Shown one piece after another: positions 40,477 through 53,300 of a DNA stretch of 64,000 nt. Every line of letters starts with the position of its first letter. The stretch's first letter is position 1. Both the position numbers and the translations under genes were made by a program. The notes under the pieces are model-generated. The model ran no database searches, was not told the origin of the DNA, and worked only from the letters and a program-made list of their open reading frames with translations. Source of the stretch: Phyllobates terribilis (lineage: Eukaryota); contig NW_027362764.1 of assembly GCF_046119375.1 (NCBI RefSeq), forward strand, positions 78,368,001-78,432,000, in the 5' to 3' direction.

Positions 40477-41430
40477 TTACACCACATTTCTTGTGAATAC
40501 GTTTTGACTATCTATAAGCAACTTTCCTTGTAAAGGGGTATGAAGAACTTGCACCTTGACGTTGGATCTCATTTTAACTCTTGAAAATGCAACGTAGAGT
40601 TGTCCATGACCAAAAACGGGCTCCGGTAGATATATGCCAACACGGTGTAGAGTTTGACCTTGTGACTTGTTTATTGTCATGGCAAAAGCTGGTTTTACTG
40701 GAAACTATCGACGCCAAAGCCTAAATGGAAGACTGGTGTTCGAAGGACATAAATTAATGCGTGGAATGAACACTTTGTCTCCTTTTGCTGATCCAGTGAT
40801 CACTCTTGCTTGAATTACCTGGGAATGGAGTCCAGAAACAATAAGGCGAGTTCCATTACATAGATCATTTTTTGTATTTAGATTCCGCTGCAGCATTACG
40901 ATTGTTCCAACTTTGAGTTATAGTCTGTGGGATGGCATTCCTGATGGCGTAAGACTATTTAAAAATTAACTGGATACTGCTCTCGTTCATCTTCATTGTC
41001 TACATCCACTGAATCATCACTTTTGTACAACTTATACTTTCCAGGCATTCTATCCATCACACGGGAATTTAGCAGAGCCACGTCATCGTTCTTGGGACAG
41101 AACTCTCAACACTGCTTTGGTCGTTCACATCAATTTCAACGCATTGTCCAAAAACATCACTTACGATGCAGTCAGTGCACAACATGTCTTCTGGTATTTC
41201 AATAATGTTTTCTCCAAGGTTGTATTCGTTGCTAAGTTCACCGTTACCAAGTTTAAGAAGCCACTTGCTGTACTCTGTGTCAGAAGATCGCATGTTGTTA
41301 ATTAGTTGGAGTTTATTAAACTGTTTCCAAATGTCAGCCATTTTTAAGCTGGACTCGATAACATCTGTTCTTGTTCCATTTGGTATGACTGGAAGGCATT
41401 GCCTAAAATCTCTGCCAATGACAAAATGTG
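40477..41430 (-). pseudogene. Helitron PIF1-family helicase, C-terminal part (motifs III-VI)
   Basis: G(R)DFRQCLPV, LINNMRS, MLQRNLN...[28 protein letters not shown]. Stops and frameshifts present. Confidence 0.95.
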
Positions 41431-43420
41431 GCATTTGTAGGCGGTCCAAATACGCAGAGGTAGGCAAACAATTCACGAAGTTGCTTAGGCATATGTAGGG
41501 TAACTGAGTCTTCTAAAGTAAGTCTCTACACAATATCATCCAATAGAAGTCCTAAAGCCAAAGCTGCAGCTTTAAATGTATCGTTCAATACTCCGTTAAC
41601 AGTTTTCAAATCGTCATAACTTGTAGCTCCTTTCACATGCAGTAGTAACAGCCGAAGGCAATATCTTTCTTGATACTTGACACTAACAGTATACATGCGT
41701 CCAATTATTCTGCTAAGTCCTCATTGTCTTGGATTCCAAGTGTTATTCCAAACGTAATGCTCTGGAATCTCTCGATACAAATACTGCCTTGCGATTTCGT
41801 TACGTTGGTTCAGCAAAAACCATTCCATTAATGTTGACTTCGTGCTTAAAGTTTTTGAGACATCTTTCACTTGAGAATCTTCAAAGAAATAAAGCTGCTG
41901 TTGATTTGGTAAATGAATAGCTAAACGTATAATGGCATGGGACTGTGAATGCATTGGAAATGCAAGTATCCTCCAAGCAGCTTCTGGAGCACTCACATAT
42001 CTTGAGTCAACAAAAGTTGATGATTCTTCGTGATTGACTGTTTTCTGTTGTATTTCAACGTTAGCTTTGTCATGCCCCTTGTAGATGTACTTGAAAAGAT
42101 ATTTTACACTTTTTATTGAAGCACAGATTTCTACATTGATGTGACAGTTGTAGCGTTTTAATAAGTACGGGTTGTATGGAACTATCCATGAGTTATTTAT
42201 AATTTTTTTTGTTGCGAACAATGTTATCAATGTGTTGTCGCTGGTAGGATGGGTAGCCATCCAAGTCTTTAACAGTGTGCTGTTTGAACTCCTTTGGAAA
42301 CCCTTTTGTACACTTTCCGTTTTCCATGCATGGACTTTTTGGATTTGCTACACGCCATGGGCCATGAACCATATGAGAGACTACAATATTATACAGTTCA
42401 GGATACTTTTCTTGTTTAGGAATTTCAGCCCACACTATGTTGTCAATTTCTTCCTCCGTGTGAAACTTGGAATCCGCGTCTAAGATAATTAGTATATGCG
42501 CATGTGGGAGACCTCGTTTCTGAAACTCTATGACGTGTACCATTGCTACAACTGTTCCAAAAAGCCCATTTTTGATGTCTTTCAAAAGGCTGCTGAGTTT
42601 CAGTGAAAATACGTGTGCGACTAAGTCCGGCCTGTGTTCAACTTGTTGCCAGGGTTCTAGATTTTCGGTAATTTCCGGCCATTTTGGATTACAGGTCATT
42701 GTCACAAAAATGTCAGGTCTTCCATACTTTGTTACTATTCCCATTGAATCTTGATAACGCTGTTGCATGTTGCGGGGGCTACCTTCAAAAGACGACGGGA
42801 GAATTACTGTTTTTCCAATTGGAATTCCCTTTTGAATTGATTGTTTTTGCAAATGTTCTTGAAGAATACAGTAGTCTTCAGCTTTATGTTTTTGGTTCAT
42901 TCGTATGAAATTTAGATGATTTGCTTCAATTTTAACGTATGAGTCGACTAAGTACTGTTGTGTCAGTTTCCCACCGTTTAAAATAGGATTGAAGTAATTT
43001 CGGACAGACAGAAGAAAACTGTAGTACTGCAGTTGTGTAATTCTTCTTGAAGTTCCTTGCTGGTGTAGGTTTTCATGCCACCCTTGATCACCTCTTGGAA
43101 AGAATAACGGATACAGAAGAGCATCAAGGTTGCTGTGCAAAATGCTAATTCGTTGTGTCTTAGGAACCAAAGGGTTGTTTTGGTCTGGCTTAAGATGGAC
43201 TAATATATCCCTTTGAAAGGGAGGCTCTCCGTCATCGTTTTGAAAAACAACTGCGACCTCACTTACACGTAGTTTGTTGTAAAGTCGGGGATCCTATTTA
43301 CGTTCTTGTTTAATGGCCATGACAATAGAAGGCATTTCAGTCCCATTTTGTATAGCCCTCTGTTCCTCCTTCAACATCTTTTAGCATGCGATTTGCGGCA
43401 GCAAATGGGCTGATTTTTTG
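41431..43420 (-). pseudogene. Helitron Rep (HUH/Y2 endonuclease) region
   Basis: FVTMTCNPKW (motif 1), EFQKRGLPHAHIL (HUH), KYLFKYIYKG (Y2), YPLFFPRG, LLLLHVKGA. Confidence 0.95.
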
Positions 43421-44306
43421 TCAATGTACGGCAATTTGGTTCATCAGTTCAGCATCACACTTTTCGTTTTCTTTCAGGTTCATCCTTTGTTCTGTAGCCT
43501 CATTTGTATCAAGGATGTATAATTGTGCAAATTTTGGTGGTTGTCCTCTTTCTGGGTGAAGTGTTCCAGTGCGGTGGTAGATCTGGCCGTGAATTTTAAA
43601 ACAATACGGTCCGAATCCAGGGGGCGGTGCAATGTTGGCACCAAATGAAGCAAACACATGAGAACTGTTGATGCTTCTGATATTTTCCATAAAATTTCTA
43701 CTGTGTTGATGCGTTCCTTTCATCAACTGCTCAAACAGATCTGAGTAGTGAGGTCTCGGTAGCATAACTTTTCCTTTTTGGCAGCATTGAGTAAACTGAT
43801 TGTCAGATGGTTTTTCATCAATAAAATTCAGAGAGTCGCATTTAGAGCAAACTGCATTCATATTCCCACAGTAGTGTTCAATAATTGTAGTTTCGTTTTT
43901 CTGTTACGTAACGTGCAAGTTGTTGAATATTCTGCGGGACTTGCCTTAGCTGGTGGAGCATTCGTTTTTTATGAATTTGGCGGTCATGTTGTTGTCTGTT
44001 TGCCCTGGATTGTGGAGATTCATTCACCCCACGTTGTCTGTGGGATTCCGCATCGTGTTCCTGCCTAGCGGCAGGGTGTTGTGATGCCTCCTGTTCCCGA
44101 CGTTGTCTCTGTGAATCAGCTACTTGTACCTGTCGTGTGGCAGTTTGTTGTGGTGTTTCCTGTTGGCGACTTTGTCTGTGAGATTCCGCATCCTGGGCTT
44201 GTCTGGTGGCAGTTTGTTGAAGTGTCTCTTGCTCTCGACGTTGTCGTTGCCTTGCTGCTGCTGCTTTTCTGTCATCCTCATTGGTGTATTTTCGTTTACG
44301 ACCCAT
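43421..44306 (-). pseudogene. Helitron RepHel N-terminus: Q/R-rich repeats and Cys-rich region
   Basis: MGRKRKY..., then after a frameshift CSKC...FIDE...CCQKGKV, FASFGA, GPYCFKIHGQIYH, AQLYILD. Confidence 0.9.
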
Positions 44307-44349
44307 TGGAAAACAGGAAGCGTAAATCGTGATAGCATACAGTAAAGAA

Positions 44350-47300
44350 GTATCTGTTCAGTGCGCTGAGACTGACAGAACGTGTTCAGTAAACGTGAGT
44401 GAACTACGTGGCACTGTGACTGACAGTACTTGTTCAGTAAACGTGACTGAACTACATGGCACTGTGACTGACAGTACTTGTTTAGTAAACGTGACTGGAC
44501 TATGTGGCACTGTGACTGACAGTACTTGTTCAGTAAACGTGACTGAACTACATGGCACTGTGACTGACAGAACTTGTTCAGTAAACGTGACTGAACTACG
44601 TGGCACTGTGACTGACAGTACTTGTTCAGTAAACGTGAGTGAACTACGTGGCACTGTGACTGACAGAACTTGTTCAGTAAATGTGACTGAACTACGTGGC
44701 ACTGTGACTGACAGTACTTGTTCAGTAAACGTGACTGAACTACGTGGCACTGTGACAGACAGAACTTGTTCAGTAAATGTGACTGAACTACGTGGCACTG
44801 TGACTGACAGAACTTGTTCAGTAAACGTGACTGAACTACGTGGCACTGTGACTGACAGTACTTGTTCAGTAAACGTGACTGAACTACGTGGCACTGTGAC
44901 TGACAGTACTTGTTCAGTAAACGTGACTGAACTACGTGGCACTGTGACTGAGAGAACTTGTTCAGTAAACGTGACTAAACTACATCACACTGTGACTGAC
45001 AGAACTTGTTCAGTAAACGTGACTAAACTACATCACACTGTGACTGACAGAACTTGTTCAGTAAATGTGAGTGGACTACGTGGCACTGTGATTGACAGAA
45101 CTTGTTCAGTAAACGTGACTAAACTACGTGGCACTGTGACTGAAAGAACTTGTTCAGTAAACGTGACTGAACTACGTGGCACTGTGACTGACAGAACTTG
45201 TTCAGCAAACGTGACTGAACTACATGGCACTGTGACTGACAGAACTTGTTCAGTAAACGTGACTGAACTACGTGGCACTGTGACTGACAGTACTTGTTCA
45301 GTAAACGTGAGTGAACTACGTGGCACTGTGACTGACAGAACTTGTTCAGTAAATGTGACTGAACTACGTGGCACTGTGACTGACAGTACTTGTTCAGTAA
45401 ACGTGACTGAACTACATGGCACTGTGACTGACAGTACTTGTTTAGTAAACGTGACTGGACTATGTGGCACTGTGACTGACAGTACTTGTTCAGTAAACGT
45501 GACTGAACTACATGGCACTGTGACTGACAGAACTTGTTCAGTAAACGTGACTGAACTACGTGGCACTGTGACTGACAGTACTTGTTCAGTAAACGTGACT
45601 GAACTACGTGGCACTGTGACTGAGAGAACTTGTTCAGTAAACGTGACTGAACTACATCGCACTGTGACTGACAGAACATGTTCAGTAAACGTGACTGAAC
45701 TACGTGCACTGTGACTGACAGAAATTGTCCAGTAAACCTGACTGAACTACGTGGCACTGTGACTGACAGAACTTGTTCAGTAAATGAGAGTGAACTATGT
45801 GGCACTGTGACTGACAGAACTTGTTCACTAAACGTGAGTGAACTACATGGCACTGTGACTGACAGAACTTGCTCAGTAAACGTCAGTGAACTACGTTGCA
45901 CTGTCACTGACAGAACTTGTTCAGTAAACGTGACTGAACTACGTGGCACTGTGAGTGACAGAACTTGTTCAGTAAACGTGAGTGAACTATGTGGCACTGT
46001 GACTGACAGAACTTGTTCAGTAAACGTGACTAAACTACATCACACTGTGACTGACAGAACTTGTTCAGTAAACGTGACTAAACTACATCACACTGTGACT
46101 GGCAGAACTTGTTCAGTAAATGTGAGTGAACTACGTGGCACTGTGACTGACAGAACTTGTTCAGCAAACGTGACTGAACTACGTGGCACTGTGACTGACA
46201 GAATTTGTTCAGTAAACGTGACTGAACTACATCGCACTGTGACTGACAGAACTTGTTCAGTAAACGTGACTGAACTACGTGGCACTGTGACTGATAGAAC
46301 TTGTTCAGTAAACGTGACTGAACTACATCACACTGTGACTGACAGAACTTTTTCAGTAAATGTGAGTGAACTACGTGGCACTGTGACTGAAAGAACTAGT
46401 TCTGTAAACGTGACTGAACTACGTGGCACTGTGACTGAAAGAACCTGTTCCGTAAACGTGACTGAACTACGTGAGACTGTGACTGACAGAACTTGTTCAG
46501 TAAACGTGAGTGAACTATGTGGCACTGTGACTGACAGAACTTGTCCAGTAAACATGACTGAACTACATCACACTGTGACTGACAGAACTTGTTCAGTAAA
46601 CGTGAGTGAACTACGTGGCACTGTGACTGACAGAATTTGTTCAGTAAACGTGAGTGAACTATGTGGCACTGTGACTGACAGAACTTGTTCAGTAAACGTG
46701 ACAGAACTACGTGGCACTGTGACTGACAGTGCTTGTTCAGTAAACGTGACTAAACTACGTGGCACTGTGACTGACAGAACTTGTTCGGTAAACGTGACTA
46801 AACTATGTGGCACTGTGAGTGACAGAACTTGTTCAGTAAACGTGAGTGAACTATGTGGCACTGTGATTGACAGAACTTGTTCAGTAAACGTAACTGGATT
46901 ACATGGCACTGTGACTGACAGAACTTGTTCCGTAAACGTGACTAAACTACGTGGCACTATGAGTGACAGAACTTGTTCAGTAAACGTGAGTGAACTACAT
47001 GGCACTGTGACTGACAGAACTTGTCCAGTAAACCTGACTGAACTACATCACAGTGTGACTGACAGAAATTGTTCAGTAAATGTGAGTGAACTACGTGGCA
47101 CTGTGACTGACAGAACTTGTTTAGTAAATGTGACTGAACTACGTGGCACTGTGACTGACAGAACTTGTTCAGTAAACGTGACTAAACTACATCACACTGT
47201 GACTGACAGAACTTGTTCAGTAAACGTGAGTGAACTATGTGTCACTGTGACTGACAGAACTTGTCCAGTAAACGTGACTGAACTACATCACACTGTGACT

Positions 47301-50300
47301 GACAGAACTTCTTCAGCAAATGTGAGTGAACTACGTGGCACTGTGACTGACAGAACTTGATCAGTAAACGTGACAAAACTACGTGGCACTGTGACTGACA
47401 GAACTTGTTCAGTAAACGTGAGTGAACTACGTGGCACTGTGACTGACAGAACTTGTTCAGTAAACGTGACTAAACTACGTGGCACTGTGACTGACAGGAC
47501 TTGTTCAGCAAATGTGAGTGAACTACGTGGCACTGTGACTGACAGAACTTATTCAGTAAATGTGACTGAACTACATGGCACTGTGACTGACAGAACTTGT
47601 TCAGTAAACATGACTAAACTACGTGGCACTGTGAGTGACAGAACTTGTTCAGTAAACGTGAGTGAACTACGTGGCACTGTGACTGACAGAACTTGTTCAG
47701 TAAACGTGACTAAACTACATCACACTGTGACTGACAGAACTTGTTCAGTAAACGTGACTAAACTACATCACACTGTGACTGGCAGAACTTGTTCAGTAAA
47801 TGTGAGTGAACTACGTGGCACTGTGATTGACAGAACTTGTTCAGTAAACGTGACTAAACTACGTGGCACTGTGACTGAAAGAACTTGTTCAGTAAACGTG
47901 ACTGAACTACGTGGCACTGTGACTGACAGAACTTGTTCAGCAAATGTGACTGAACTACGTGGCACTGTGACTGACAGAATTTGTTCAGTAAACGTGACTG
48001 AACTACATCGCACTGTGACTGACAGAACTTGTTCAGTAAATGTGACTGAACTACGTGGCACTGTGACTGATAGAACTTGTTCAGTAAACGTGACTGAACT
48101 ACATCACACTGTGACTGACAGAACTTTTTCAGTAAATGTGAGTGAACTACGTGGCACTGTGACTGAAAGAACTTGTTCTGCAAACGTGACTAAACTACGT
48201 GGCACTGTGACTGAAAGAACCTGTTCCGTAAACGTGACTGAACTACGTGGGACTGTGACTGACAGAACTTGTTCAGTAAACGTGAGTGAACTATGTGGCA
48301 CTGTGACTGACAGAACTTGTCCAGTAAACATGACTGAACTACATCACACTGTGACTGACAGAACTTGTTCAGTAAACGTGAGTGAACTACGTGGCACTGT
48401 GACTGACAGAATTTGTTCAGTAAACGTGAGTGAACTATGTGGCACTGTGACTGACAGAACTTGTTCAGTAAACGTGACAGAACTACGTGGCACTGTGACT
48501 GACAGTGCTTGTTCAGTAAACGTGACTAAACTATGTGGCACTGTGACTGACAGAACTTGTTCGGTAAACGTGACTAAACTATGTGGCACTGTGAGTGACA
48601 GAACTTGTTCAGTAAACGTGAGTGAACTATGTGGCACTGTGATTGACAGAACTTGTTCAGTAAACGTAACTGGATTACATGGCACTGTGACTGACAGAAC
48701 TTGTTCCGTAAACGTGACTAAACTACGTGGCACTATGAGTGACAGAACTTGTTCAGTAAACGTGAGTGAACTACATGGCACTGTGACTGACAGAACTTGT
48801 CCAGTAAACCTGACTGAACTACATCACAGTGTGACTGACAGAAATTGTTCAGTAAATGTGAGTGAACTACGTGGCACTGTGACTGACAGAACTTGTTTAG
48901 TAAATGTGACTGAACTACGTGGCACTGTGACTGACAGAACTTGTTCAGTAAACGTGACTGAACTACATCACACTGTGACTGACAGAACTTGTTCAGTAAA
49001 CGTGAGTGAACTATGTGTCACTGTGACTGACAGAACTTGTCCAGTAAACGTGATTGAACTACATCACACTGTGACTGACAGAACTTGTTCAGCAAATGTG
49101 AGTGAACTACGTGGCACTGTGACTGACAGAACTTGTTCAGTAAACGTGACTAAACTACGTGGCACTGTGACTGACAGAACTTGTTCAGTAAACGTGAGTG
49201 AACTACGTGGCACTATGACTGACAGAACTTTTTCTGTAAACGTGACTAAACTACGTGGCACTGTGACTGACAGGACTTGTTCAGCAAATGTGAGTGAACT
49301 ACGTGGCACTGTGACTGACAGAACTTGTTCAGTAAATGTGACTGAACTACATGGCACTGTGACTGACAGAACTTGTTCAGTAAACATGACTAAACTACGT
49401 GGCACTGTGAGTGACAGAACTTGTTCAGTAAACGTGAGTGAACTACGTGGCACTGTGACTGACAGAACTTGTTCAGTAAACGTGACTAAACTACATCACA
49501 CTGTGACTGACAGAACTTGTTCAGTAAACGTGACTAAACTACATCACACTGTGACTGACAGAACTTGTTCAGTAAATGTGAGTGAACTACATGGCACTGT
49601 GATTGACAGAACTTGTTCAGTAAACGTGACTAAACTACGTGGCACTGTGACTGAAAGAACTTGTTCAGTAAACGTGACTGAACTACGTGGCACTGTGACT
49701 GACAGAACTTGTTCAGCAAACGTGACTGAACTACGTGGCACTGTGACTGACAGAACTTGTTCAGTAAACGTGACTGAACTACGTGGCACTGTGACTGATA
49801 GAACTTGTTCAGTAAACGTGACTGAACTACATCACACTGTGACTGACAGAACTTTTTCAGTAAATGTGAGTGAACTACGTGGCACTGTGACTGAAAGAAC
49901 TTGTTCTGTAAACGTGACTGAACTATGTGGCACTGTGACTGAAAGAACCTGTTCCGTAAACGTGACTGAACTACGTGGGACTGTGACTGACAGAACTTGT
50001 TCAGTAAACGTGAGTGAACTATGTGGCACTGTGACTGACAGAACTTGTCCAGTAAACATGACTGAACTACATCACACTGTGACTGACAGAACTTGTTCAG
50101 TAAACGTGAGTGAACTACGTGGCACTGTGACTGACAGAATTTGTTCAGTAAACGTGAGTGAACTATGTGGCACTGTGACTGACAGAACTTGTTCAGTAAA
50201 CGTGACAGAACTACGTGGCACAGTGACTGACAGTGCTTGTTCAGTAAACGTGACTAAACTACGTGGCACTGTGACTGACAGAACTTGTTCGGTAAACGTG

Positions 50301-53300
50301 ACTAAACTATGTGGCACTGTGAGTGACAGAACTTGTTCAGTAAACGTGAGTGAACTATGTGGCACTGTGATTGACAGAACTTGTTCAGTAAACGTAACTG
50401 GATTACATGGCACTGTGACTGACAGAACTTGTTCCGTAAACATGACTAAACTACGTGGCACTATGAGTGACAGAACTTATTCAGTAAACGTGAGTGAACT
50501 ACATGGCACTGTGACTGACAGAACTTGTCCAGTAAACCTGACTGAACTACATCACAGTGTGACTGACAGAAATTGTTCAGTAAATGTGAGTGAACTACGT
50601 GGCACTGTGACTGACAGAACTTGTTTAGTAAATGTGACTGAACTACGTGGCACTGTGACTGACAGAACTTGTTCAGTAAACGTGACTAAACTACATCACA
50701 CTGTGACTGACAGAACTTGTTCAGTAAACGTGAGTGAACTATGTGTCACTGTGACTGACAGAACTTGTCCAGTAAACGTGACTGAACTACATCACACTGT
50801 GACTGACAGAACTTCTTCAGCAAATGTGAGTGAACTACGTGGCACTGTGACTGACAGAACTTGATCAGTAAACGTGACAAAACTACGTGGCACTGTGACT
50901 GACAGAACTTGTTCAGTAAACGTGAGTGAACTACGTGGCACTGTGACTGACAGAACTTGTTCAGTAAACGTGACTAAACTACGTGGCACTGTGACTGACA
51001 GGACTTGTTCAGCAAATGTGAGTGAACTACGTGGCACTGTGACTGACAGAACTTGTTCAGTAAATGTGACTGAACTACATGGCACTGTGACTGACAGAAC
51101 TTGTTCAGTAAACATGACTAAACTACGTGGCACTGTGAGTGACAGAACTTGTTCAGTAAACGTGAGTGAACTACGTGGCACTGTAACTGACAGAACTTGT
51201 TCAGTAAACGTGACTAAACTACATCACACTGTGACTGACAGAACTTGTTCAGTAAACGTGACTAAACTACATCACACTGTGACTGGCAGAACTTGTTCAG
51301 TAAATGTGAGTGAACTACGTGGCACTGTGATTGACAGAACTTGTTCAGTAAACGTGACTAAACTACGTGGCACTGTGACTGAAAGAACTTGTTCAGTAAA
51401 CGTGACTGAACTACGTGGCACTGTGACTGACAGAACTTGTTCAGCAAATGTGACTGAACTACGTGGCACTGTGACTGACAGAATTTGTTCAGTAAACGTG
51501 ACTGAACTACATCGCACTGTGACTGACAGAACTTGTTCAGTAAATGTGACTGAACTACGTGGCACTGTGACTGATAGAACTTGTTCAGTAAACGTGACTG
51601 AACTACATCACACTGTGACTGACAGAACTTTTTCAGTAAATGTGAGTGAACTACGTGGCACTGTGACTGAAAGAACTTGTTCTGCAAACGTGACTAAACT
51701 ACGTGGCACTGTGACTGAAAGAACCTGTTCCGTAAACGTGACTGAACTACGTGGGACTGTGACTGACAGAACTTGTTCAGTAAACGTGAGTGAACTATGT
51801 GGCACTGTGACTGACAGAACTTGTCCAGTAAACATGACTGAACTACATCACACTGTGACTGACAGAACTTTTTCAGTAAATGTGAGTGAACTATGTGGCA
51901 CTGTGACTGACAGAACTTGTTCAGTAAACGTGACAGAACTACGTGGCACAGTGACTGACAGTGCTTGTTCAGTAAACGTGACTAAACTACGTGGCACTGT
52001 GACTGACAGAACTTGTTCGGTAAACGTGACTAAACTATGTGGCACTGTGAGTGACAGAACTTGTTCAGTAAACGTGAGTGAACTATGTGGCACTGTGATT
52101 GACAGAACTTGTTCAGTAAACGTAACTGGATTACATGGCACTGTGACTGACAGAACTTGTTCCGTAAACATGACTAAACTACGTGGCACTATGAGTGACA
52201 GAACTTATTCAGTAAACGTGAGTGAACTACATGGCACTGTGACTGACAGAACTTGTCCAGTAAACCTGACTGAACTACATCACAGTGTGACTGACAGAAA
52301 TTGTTCAGTAAATGTGAGTGAACTACGTGGCACTGTGACTGACAGAACTTGTTTAGTAAATGTGACTGAACTACGTGGCACTGTGACTGACAGAACTTGT
52401 TCAGTAAACGTGACTAAACTACATCACACTGTGACTGACAGAACTTGTTCAGTAAACGTGAGTGAACTATGTGTCACTGTGACTGACAGAACTTGTCCAG
52501 TAAACGTGACTGAACTACATCACACTGTGACTGACAGAACTTCTTCAGCAAATGTGAGTGAACTACGTGGCACTGTGACTGACAGAACTTGATCAGTAAA
52601 CGTGACAAAACTACGTGGCACTGTGACTGACAGAACTTGTTCAGTAAACGTGAGTGAACTACGTGGCACTGTGACTGACAGAACTTGTTCAGTAAACGTG
52701 ACTAAACTACGTGGCACTGTGACTGACAGGACTTGTTCAGCAAATGTGAGTGAACTACGTGGCACTGTGACTGACAGAACTTGTTCAGTAAATGTGACTG
52801 AACTACATGGCACTGTGACTGACAGAACTTGTTCAGTAAACATGACTAAACTACGTGGCACTGTGAGTGACAGAACTTGTTCAGTAAACGTGAGTGAACT
52901 ACGTGGCACTGTAACTGACAGAACTTGTTCAGTAAACGTGACTAAACTACATCACACTGTGACTGACAGAACTTGTTCAGTAAACGTGACTAAACTACAT
53001 CACACTGTGACTGGCAGAACTTGTTCAGTAAATGTGAGTGAACTACGTGGCACTGTGATTGACAGAACTTGTTCAGTAAACGTGACTAAACTACGTGGCA
53101 CTGTGACTGAAAGAACTTGTTCAGTAAACGTGACTGAACTACGTGGCACTGTGACTGACAGAACTTGTTCAGCAAATGTGACTGAACTACGTGGCACTGT
53201 GACTGACAGAATTTGTTCAGTAAACGTGACTGAACTACATCGCACTGTGACTGACAGAACTTGTTCAGTAAATGTGACTGAACTACGTGGCACTGTGACT

